Positions 19,401 through 27,100 of a stretch of DNA of 64,000 nt are shown in pieces. The number at the start of each line of letters is the position of its first letter. The stretch's first letter is position 1. Made by a program: the position numbers and the translations under genes. The DNA is from an uncultured Chroococcidiopsis sp. (GTDB taxonomy: Bacteria; Cyanobacteriota; Cyanobacteriia; Cyanobacteriales; Chroococcidiopsidaceae): contig CAXTYC010000001.1 of assembly GCA_964248365.1 (NCBI GenBank), positions 1 through 64,000 of the forward strand, read 5' to 3'. A model generated the notes under the pieces. That model did no database searches. It saw only the letters and a list, made by a program, of their open reading frames with translations, and had not been told where the DNA came from.

Positions 19401-20829
19401 TCAGCGCGTACCTGTTTTAGAAAATGAACGCACTGAGGTAAACCCTTGGGGTATTTCATTTATGACTATGTTTCATATGTCAAATGATAGCGGGTTGTTT
19501 GTTATGGGAGTGGGGAGTAGTGAGTTGGGAGTAGGGAGTAGTAAGTTGGGAGTAGTAAATGAAAATTTAGTTCCTTTGTATGAAGCCAAGATGTTTCACC
19601 AGTTCGATCATCGTTGGGCGACGTATGAGGGAGTGGGGAGTAGTGAGTTGGGAGTAGAAACTAGGGATGTGACTTTGGAGGAAAAATGCGATTCAAATTA
19701 CCGAGTAAAACCGCGTTATTGGGTCAATCGTAATGAAGTAGAAAATAAGTTAAGTGATAAGTGGAAAAAAGGTTGGCTTTTGGCTTTTAGAGATATTTGT
19801 AGGGCAACTGATGAGCGTACTGCTATTTTTAGCTTAGTACCTAAAGTTGCTGTTAATCATAAAGCACCATTACTTTTTACAAGCCAAAATAAACCTGAGT
19901 TTTATTGTTTATTGATTGCTAATTTAAATAGTTTAGTTTTAGATTATGTGACAAGACAAAAAATTGGTGGAACATCACTAAGCTATTTCATCCTCAAACA
20001 ACTCCCTGTAATTCCTCCAGAAGCATACACCCAAGAAGATATCAAATTTATCAGCAGCCGCGTCCTCGAATTAGTCTACACCACTTGGGATATGCAACCC
20101 TTTGCCCAAGACGTTTGGCGGGAGTTGGGAGTTGGGAGTAGGGAAGTAGTTATTAAAGAGTGGGAAAGTAATTATGGACAATCGATCTATTCGTTCCTAT
20201 CAAGATTTAATGGTTTGGCAAGAGGGGATGAATCTAGCAGAAATGTGTTATGTCCTAACGAAAGAGTTTCCCAAAGAGGAAATTTACGGGATGATCTCAC
20301 AAATCCGCAGAGCAGCAGCTTCGATACCAGCGAACATAGCGGAGGGTTACGGAAGGGAGAATCGGGGCGAATACATTCAATTTCTGAAGATAGCTCAAGG
20401 CTCGCTCAAGGAACTGGAGACTCATCTAATCTTAGCAGAACGAGTGAAACTAACAACGAATCAAGCAGTAGATCCAATTCTGAAGCAATGCGAAACAGTG
20501 GGCAAAATGCTTCGTTCTTTAATTCGCTCACTCCAGAACAAAAACTAGAATTTTTTCTCACCACTCCCCACTCCCCACTCCCCATTCCCCCATTCATTTG
20601 GAATAGCGAAAGACGAGCATTATTAAGAGCAGAATTAGACGCATATTATGCCAAACTCTACGGACTTACCCGCGACGAACTCCGTTATATTCTCGATCCT
20701 GCTGATGTCTACGGTTCTGATTTTCCCAGCGAAACCTTTCGCGTATTGAAGAACAACGAAATCAAACAATTTGGCGAATATCGCACCCAAAGATTAGTGC
20801 TTGAAGCGTGGGATAGAATGTTTGGATAA
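16426..20829 (+). CDS. Large N6-adenine DNA methyltransferase (Eco57I/type IIG-like, DrmMI-like)
   Basis: GSYYTPP, DPACGSGHFL (motif I), GNPPW (motif IV), N-terminal WGIVTNG; C-terminal TRD and RAELDAYYAKLYGL; ATGA overlap with the SNF2 gene. Confidence 0.92.
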   Translation: MSVVASTFVGIQIEGNLIAPDITAEMLAGTIKGQAPEDFNFTKTDKLADEIAIAWGDAKAYWAAFQRALARLPENDLATTVTREQWVVPLLRSLGYDPVYTAKAEVIDGQTFALSHRTDPGEDKPPIHVVGCRVKLEQRPPSGTPRLSAHALMQEYLNRTEHLWGIVTNGLQWRLLRDSSLMTRLTYIEFDLEQILNNENFAEFGLFYRLFHRSRLPQGADDADACLLEYYHQEAIQQGGRVRDRLRDGVEKALVLLGTGFLQHPNNGKLRQSFESGELADTVYYRQLLLLIYRLLFLMVAEARNLLLTDEDPEKARIYLEYYSVTRLRNLAERPSYRREGFQDLWQGLRVTFRLFDENWRGRELKLSPLNGDLFGSKTLKHLDEYAIDNHELLLAIRQLSLYEQKGQSRRVNYAALDVEELGSVYESLLDFHPQIQLRQGIYEFQLVTGSDRKTTGSYYTPPELVGQLIKSALEPVIEEKLKEAKTVSEKEAALLSLKVCDPACGSGHFLLAAARRIGKELAIARTGEAQPGVEPLRKAIRDVVQNCIYGVDLNPLAVDLCKVALWIEGFNRGFPLNFLDHRIKCGNSLVGVLDLACLDEGIPDEAFKPVTGDDKQLASRWKKENKKQRETDLEGQLSLDFEGNLEQDRSHYAQTAKEVGAIAEITTGDVRQKQTQYQQSRQDKSWWRDYSACNLWTAAFFMPLTEQNLQLLPTTAALTRLLQESKIEIQESHQSLLPTPHSLLPLIEAANKLAQEKHFFHWCLEFPEVFEADGFDCVLGNPPWERIKLQEKEFFASRSAEIANAANKAAREKLIKELPKTNSMLAQAFEEAKHDAEAQSKFIRESVRFPLTAVGDINTYAVFAETMRKLISPNGRLGVIVPTGIATDDTCKKFFGDLIQNQALVSLYDFENREALFTAVHRSYKFSLLAISGKAIAQGNFAFFLTQQRQLDNPARLFKLSPQDIASLNPNTLTCPVFRTRTDAEITKKIYQRVPVLENERTEVNPWGISFMTMFHMSNDSGLFVMGVGSSELGVGSSKLGVVNENLVPLYEAKMFHQFDHRWATYEGVGSSELGVETRDVTLEEKCDSNYRVKPRYWVNRNEVENKLSDKWKKGWLLAFRDICRATDERTAIFSLVPKVAVNHKAPLLFTSQNKPEFYCLLIANLNSLVLDYVTRQKIGGTSLSYFILKQLPVIPPEAYTQEDIKFISSRVLELVYTTWDMQPFAQDVWRELGVGSREVVIKEWESNYGQSIYSFLSRFNGLARGDESSRNVLCPNERVSQRGNLRDDLTNPQSSSFDTSEHSGGLRKGESGRIHSISEDSSRLAQGTGDSSNLSRTSETNNESSSRSNSEAMRNSGQNASFFNSLTPEQKLEFFLTTPHSPLPIPPFIWNSERRALLRAELDAYYAKLYGLTRDELRYILDPADVYGSDFPSETFRVLKNNEIKQFGEYRTQRLVLEAWDRMFG
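20174..20548 (+). CDS. Four-helix-bundle protein (23S rRNA intervening-sequence protein family), nested in the +1 frame of the methyltransferase
   Basis: SYQDLMVWQ..FPKEEIYGMISQIRRAAASIPANIAEGYGR..FLKIAQGSLKELETHL is the full family signature; own ATG and stop. Confidence 0.92.
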   Translation: MDNRSIRSYQDLMVWQEGMNLAEMCYVLTKEFPKEEIYGMISQIRRAAASIPANIAEGYGRENRGEYIQFLKIAQGSLKELETHLILAERVKLTTNQAVDPILKQCETVGKMLRSLIRSLQNKN

Positions 20830-20860
20830 TTCGTAATTTGTAATTCGTAATTCGTAATTT
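20827..20860 (+). repeat. STRR-type heptamer array (TAATTCG)n
   Basis: taattcg taatttg taattcg taattcg taattt starting at the MTase stop codon. Confidence 0.8.
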
Positions 20861-20960
20861 AAGAGTTATTAATTATCGATTTTATTGACAGCAATATAAG
20901 TTTATTACTATATTTTATGGTAGTTTAATAATCAGTTAGAGTAGCTCGTGGTTGGACTTT

Positions 20961-21727
20961 GTGAAAACAGATGCTCTTTTTTACGAACTGATTAAAGAAT
21001 TGCCACAAATCTTTTTTGAATTGATTGATAAACCTGAAGTTAACTTAAATGCATATGAGTTTACTGCACCACAAATTAAACAACAAGCTTTTCGGCTGGA
21101 CGGTTTATTCTCTACTCTTACAGGATTTGAAGGCGAACCTTTGTATTTTGTAGAATTTCAAACTTATAAAGATGAGGAATTCTATGAACGGCTATTTGGA
21201 GAGATTTTTGTTTATTTTTGCTAGTATCAACCCTCCAATCCAAATTGGTATGCAATTGTAATCTACGATAGGCGCAGTCACGAAGTTCCGCCACACCCCC
21301 GCTATCAGAATTTGATGGAAAATCATGTGCGCCGCGTCTACATTAATGAACTTTCTACAGATACAGAGCAGATTTGCGAATTGGAGTGGCAAAATTATTT
21401 GTAGAAACTCCAACAAAAACTCTTTCCTTAGCGCAGCAACTTATTAATCAGACAACAGAAGAATTACTAGATGAACGCCTTCAGCAAAAAGTGATAGCAT
21501 TTATCCAAGCCATCGTTTTCTACAAGTTTCCAAATCTGACTCTAGAGGAAATTGAAACCATGCTGGACTTAAGTGAATTTAAGAAAAGTCGATTATATGA
21601 AAGCGTTTTAACAAAAACCAAGTTAGAACTTGTGCCAAAGCTGTTAGAAAAAGGACTTAGCGTTCAGGAAGTTGCAGACTTATTAGAGTTAGATGTAGAA
21701 GAAGTAAGGAAGGCAGCACGAGAGTAG
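20961..21727 (+). pseudogene. Rpn/DUF2887-family (putative transposase/nuclease) pseudogene
   Basis: MKTDALFYEL..QAFRLDGLF..YFVEFQ; stop at 21222-21224 and frameshift near 21370; C-terminus KLELVPKLLEKGLSVQEVADLLEL. Confidence 0.8.
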
Positions 21728-21789
21728 TAAGGAAAGTCATAGATGCTCATCATCATATATGCTTTCGCGGCTGACAGCATAATCAGACA

Positions 21790-22032
21790 GAAGTGGCGAC
21801 AATCGTTGTCTACAAGTTTCCTAATATGAGTAGAGAGTAAATTGAAGCCGTGTTAAATATAAACTTATTGAAAGAAACTAGAGTTTATCAAGAAGCCGCA
21901 GAAGAAGGAGAGTTGAAGGCTAAAGTTAAATTAGTACCGAAACTCCTGCAAAAAGGACTGAGCATTCAAGAAGTTGCAGACATACTAGAGTTAGATATAG
22001 AAGAAGTAAGAAAAGCTGCACAAAAACAGTAA
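21790..22032 (+). pseudogene. Second Rpn/DUF2887 C-terminal fragment
   Basis: TIVVYKFPNMSRE*IEA.. LKETRVYQEAAEEG..KGLSIQEVADILEL is paralogous to the preceding C-terminus. Confidence 0.7.
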
Positions 22033-22346
22033 AACTCTATTGTTTCTACCGATACGTAAAGCTGCTACCTGTCTTGCAGCAATCTGAAACTGGCTAGCGG
22101 CGATTACACGCGAAAATGAGTCAATTGCTCAAAAACGCCACCATTGAGGATATATTGGCTCAAATCAAGGGGCGGCAGGATCAGAAAATTACGGTAAAAT
22201 GAGTTACTTAGAATAGGCGGATCGTCTGTCGTAAGTTATATATATAACATCAAACGATATAGCAAATATTTTCCAACCAAAGATAAGTCTTGGAAGTGTG
22301 AGATAAGATATTTGGATGAGTATCTTTATACTTATCTGAATAACAA

Positions 22347-23246
22347 ATGTACAACATTGAACGAATCAGGGAGCTTTTCGACGATCAGGTTGTTCAATAT
22401 CTGTCTAATAAGAATCTTGGCGGAACTAGTAATGCAAAAGGTAACACGTATGAAAACTTCTTTGCTGTTTATCAGCTAGCTCTTTTGTCAAAAATTGTAA
22501 TTGAAGATAACAAAGAAGTAATATTATCAAGCCAAATTATTGCATTTGTTGACGATCTCATCATTGACTGTAAAAATGGCACTACTCTTCGTCACTACCA
22601 GTTGAAAAATGGTTCAAGTGTCACTTGGGGTGAGGGGTTAAAGTCAATATCTGATGACTTTACAAAGCAATACGAGCTAAATCATATAATCTTATCAAGA
22701 GAATCAGAGATTAACTTAGTAGTTTCCAGCACAAACCTTAGAGCTAATTTAGAGGCTAGCCTACCCGCAGCCATTAAGAATTACACTCAAGTAGTTTATT
22801 TTCCTTATGAGACTAGCCTAGTCAAAGTGATTGAAAAAGATGCTACCTTCCGACAAGCCATAGAATATCTGTGCGCTTTTGACAATCCCGCTCCAGACAA
22901 AATTGAATGTGTAGCAGCCGTACTACTAGGCGCATGGGTTTCCAGCCATAAGTCCAATATTTCTCTTATGGAAATATTAAAGAAAGCTCAAGAATCAACG
23001 CCTTCCTTTATCCGTTCCTTTAACAAGGAGTGGCAGTTAGATCCTGAAGTTGAAGAGATTTTGAGTAAAATATCAGATTTCCAATATAATCTGACAAAGG
23101 GCTTTTTACATTGGGAGTTTAAAAACGGACTTGAAGATGGTACATTGCCTTATAGCGTTGACACAGAGCAGTTTAAGAAATTTCAGGAAGTTGTTAAGAG
23201 AACTAAACCTACAAGATTTGAGGAACTTGAGGGTTTCTTGATATGA
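22347..23246 (+). CDS. Putative PD-(D/E)xK endonuclease (Cap4/DUF4297-like N-terminal domain)
   Basis: GGTSNAKGNTYE..FVDDLII..HYQLKN matches the G..G..Y / DD / QxK pattern of this nuclease class. Confidence 0.65.
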   Translation: MYNIERIRELFDDQVVQYLSNKNLGGTSNAKGNTYENFFAVYQLALLSKIVIEDNKEVILSSQIIAFVDDLIIDCKNGTTLRHYQLKNGSSVTWGEGLKSISDDFTKQYELNHIILSRESEINLVVSSTNLRANLEASLPAAIKNYTQVVYFPYETSLVKVIEKDATFRQAIEYLCAFDNPAPDKIECVAAVLLGAWVSSHKSNISLMEILKKAQESTPSFIRSFNKEWQLDPEVEEILSKISDFQYNLTKGFLHWEFKNGLEDGTLPYSVDTEQFKKFQEVVKRTKPTRFEELEGFLI

Positions 23247-23941
23247 CAAGAATCTACTCAGAGCTTGCTAATGAAAGCATCCAGGTTTTGCTAGATACTT
23301 TAGCAGATAAGAATAGTGCGCCAAATCTCTACAGAGACACTATGACTAAACTCGGTATAGCTCTGGGCGATGCAATTCTATCTCAAATCAGTGACGAGCA
23401 GTGTAATGTTTACCTTGCCTGCACAGTTGAAGATGCTGATTTTCTAGCAAGGGGTATGCTCATCCGTTTAGAAGAACAGCTTAAAAGTGTTGCATTTGCG
23501 TGTTTTTGGAACCAACGTTTTTCTCCTTTTGAAGTTGAAGATATTCAAATTGCTCCAATTTTAAGAAAGTATCAGGAACCTGTAAGCCAATCCGTCAACT
23601 ATCTAATTGTTGTAAAATCTATTATTTCTGGGGCTTGTGTAGTCAGGACAAATCTTGTTCACTTAATTCAAAAAATTGAACCTGAGAAGATATTTATAGT
23701 AGCTCCAGTTATGTATGTTCAGGCAGAAGAGAAACTTAGAAGTAGCTTTGAAAAAGAAATTTATGATAAGTTTCAATTCTTCTACTTTGCCAAAGATGAT
23801 AAGCGCACTCGTGAAGGCGAAGTAATTCCAGGAATTGGTGGTAACGTCTATTATAGGCTCGGATTTGATGGACAAGAGGCAAAGAATCAATATATTCCTG
23901 AAATTGTGAAAGATAGACGCTCAAAACTCACAAAGGTCTAG
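23243..23941 (+). CDS. Uracil phosphoribosyltransferase-fold protein with divergent PRPP loop
   Basis: LLDTLADKNSAPNLYRDTMTKLG (UPRTase N-terminal helices), IVVKSIISGACVV (PRPP-loop position), GEVIPGIGG..RLGF (UPRTase C-terminal motif); ATGA overlap. Confidence 0.7.
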   Translation: MTRIYSELANESIQVLLDTLADKNSAPNLYRDTMTKLGIALGDAILSQISDEQCNVYLACTVEDADFLARGMLIRLEEQLKSVAFACFWNQRFSPFEVEDIQIAPILRKYQEPVSQSVNYLIVVKSIISGACVVRTNLVHLIQKIEPEKIFIVAPVMYVQAEEKLRSSFEKEIYDKFQFFYFAKDDKRTREGEVIPGIGGNVYYRLGFDGQEAKNQYIPEIVKDRRSKLTKV

Positions 23942-24149
23942 AGTTTGTGAAAGTATATTAATGAAATTATTATAAGTATTAATACTAATCATTTAGCCAA
24001 AAATACAAAAATTTCAGCTATAGCTGTGATAGATATATCGATTTGAGTGAGATCGCACTCATCATGTGATATGTAAAACTAAATTGGGCATCTTAAGACA
24101 AGAACACAGGCGATCGCCTGGGAAAAATACTTCCGTGCAGCAGTTGTTT

Positions 24150-27100
24150 ATGTCAGATGCCCCCAGCCTCACAACTACCCTAGATATCTTTAATTTACGG
24201 GATGAAGTCATTGCCGACTACCGCCGCTACATTGAAAGCTTCCTGAAAATCCGCGATCCACGAGTAGAGGCATTTGTCGATCGCGAACTGGAACGGGGCG
24301 AACTGTGGCGCGATCCGCTCGTACAACTCAATCCGTCCTACAAAGGGGGTGCTACTGTCACCGAACTAGTACAGCAGGGGGTTCTCTATCCCGACTGCCA
24401 GCAATACTTTTCTAGAAACGGCAAACCCTACATCTTCCACTACCACCAAGAACAAGCATTTCTCGCCGCCCAGCGCCAGGAATCCTACGTTCTCACCACA
24501 GGCACGGGTTCGGGGAAAAGTATGACCTATGTAGTGCCAATTTTTGACGACTTGCTCCGCCATCGGGAGATTAAAGGCGTGAGGGCAATCCTGGTTTACC
24601 CGATGAATGCCTTAATTAACTCTCAAAAAGAAGAGTTTGACAAATTTCTAAGCCAAGTTCCCAATAGCCATATCCGCGTCGAGAAATACACTGGACAAGA
24701 AAGCCTAAAGCAAAAGACAGAAATTCAGAACAATCCGCCCCAAATTCTGCTGACCAACTACGTGATGCTAGAGCTAATGCTCTCTCGCACTCATGAAGAT
24801 CAGTTAGTTGCTTCCCCTGACCTAAAATTTCTAGTACTTGATGAATTACATACCTATCGCGGTCGTCAAGGTGCAGATGTTGCCATCCTGATCCGTAAAC
24901 TCCGCCAACGCTGCGGTAAAAACCTGCTTTATATCGGCACTAGCGCCACCATGTCCACCGAAGGCACTAGAGACAACCGCCGCCAAACTGTGGCTGGAGT
25001 AGCCAGTAAGTTATTTGGCGTGGCAGTCAAGCCAGAAAACGTCATTGATGAAACTTTGGAGCGTTCCATCCAACTTCCTGCTCCCAGTCCTGAAGAACTC
25101 CAGCGCAGCATTACAGTAAGCTTACCTCCAGAGTCAGAGCGATCGCTCACAGGTTTTAAATCCCATCCCCTAAGCGCCTGGATCGAGATGAACTTTGGTC
25201 TAGCCCAGGAGCAAGGGCATTTGATCCGCCGGACTCCGATTTCCTTAGCAGCAGGAGCCGAGCAGCTCTCTGAGCAAACCCAAATTCCAGTTGATACCTG
25301 CCGAGAAACCCTGAAACAAATGTTTCTCTGGGGTAGCAAAACGAAAGGATTGGCATTTCGCCTGCATCAATTTATCTCTCAAGGGGGCAGCGTCTACGCC
25401 ACGATTGAGTCGAGAGATAACCGCTTTCTCACCTTAGAAGGGCAGTATGCTACTACGAACGATCGCCTACTCTATCCCCTCGTCTTTTGCCGTGAATGCG
25501 GACAAGACTACTACGTGGTGCGCTACGACAAGGATAACTATACCGTCAGTCCCCAACTGGCGATCGCTCTCGATAGCAATGACGATGACGTGGATGAAGG
25601 CTACCTAACCTTAGACGAACCTGGGCTTTGGAATACTGGCGATGAAGATCGTCTCCCCGATAGCTGGTTTAATGACACCAAAAGGCAAGGTCGGGTTGCT
25701 AAAAAGGAATACGTTCCTCACATTCCCCAAAAGCTGCAAGTCCTTCCTAACGGGAAAGTTACCAACTCCTTACTAGAAGGAAAGGCTTGTTGGTTTGTCC
25801 CCAAACCGTTTCTGTTCTGTCCTAACTGTGGTGTCGTGCATGACAAGAAAAAGAACGAGTTTACTAAACTGTCTCGACTTAGTAGCGAAGGTCGTAGCAC
25901 TGCCACAACTCTTTTATGCCTTTCCACAGTTAACCGCTTAAAATCCAGTTCTGCCGTCAAACCCGAAGCAGCCAAAATCCTCAGCTTCACCGATAATCGC
26001 CAGGATGCGTCCTTACAAGCTGGACATTTCAACGATTTCGTTCAAACCAGCTTTCTGCGGGCAGTTTTGAATAAAGCACTCCAAGCGAATCAACGATTGA
26101 CGCACAGTATATTAGCAAGCGAAGTTGTCAAGCATATGGGTTTATCCCAAACTGACTATGCAATTGGGCCTGCTGAGTTTGGTCCTGGTAAGAAGCGCAA
26201 CGAGAGAATTTTTCAAGATTTAATTGAATACCGCCTCTACGAAGACTTGCGCCGAGGCTGGCGCATCGTGCAACCTAATTTAGAACAATGCGGTCTGCTG
26301 GCAATCGAGTATGACGGACTTGAGGAAATCTGCGAAGACACTCAAATTTGGCAGCAGTCTCTCCATCCCCTATTATTACAAGCTACGCCAGCACAAAGAT
26401 TATTTGTCGCTAAAGCTTTGCTCGATCAGCTACGTAAAGAACTGGCGATTGATGCGGCGCTACTACAAAGCGATCGCCTGGAGCAACTCAAACGTGAAGT
26501 AACGCAGGCAATTAAAGATCCTTGGGCATTCGACATTAACGAACGCCTGCACGAAGCTACTTGGACTTCCAGCGCCAGTAGTAACTCGGACAGAGTGAAA
26601 GTTAAACTCACCTCTCGTAGTAAAATTGGTCGCTTCCTCCGTTCCCCTGCTACCTGGTCGGGGCTACAACAACCATTAGCGGAATCAGAGTATAGCCAAC
26701 TGATCGGGGCATTAATCGAGATCTTGGGTGCGTCAGGATATCTCAAGATTGAAGGGCAGTTCGTGCAGCTACGCATTGACTGCATGATTTGGCAAGCTCA
26801 AACTGCTGACACAATTCCCGCCGATCCGCTGACATCCAAGCGTCTCCAAGGTAGCGAAGAAGTACAAATTGAAGTCAATCGATTTTTCCAAAACTTTTAT
26901 CAAGACAATGCTCAGCAACTTCACAGTTTGGAAGGACGAGAACATACAGGTCAAGTCAGCAACGAAGCCCGTCAAGCAAGGGAAGATAGGTTTCGTCAGG
27001 GACAACTATCATCCTTATTCTGCTCCCCGACAATGGAACTGGGCATCGATATTTCAGATTTAAATGCCGTCCACCTGCGGAATGTGCCGCCAACTCCTGC

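Noticed and set aside
20174..20548. Four-helix-bundle gene as the Avd of a diversity-generating retroelement
   Set aside because: No reverse transcriptase and no TR/VR pair with adenine-specific mismatches seen in the window
20120..20595. MTase insertion as an intein or group I/II intron
   Set aside because: No Cys/Ser...His-Asn intein ends, no homing endonuclease or RT, and no recognisable intron boundary motifs
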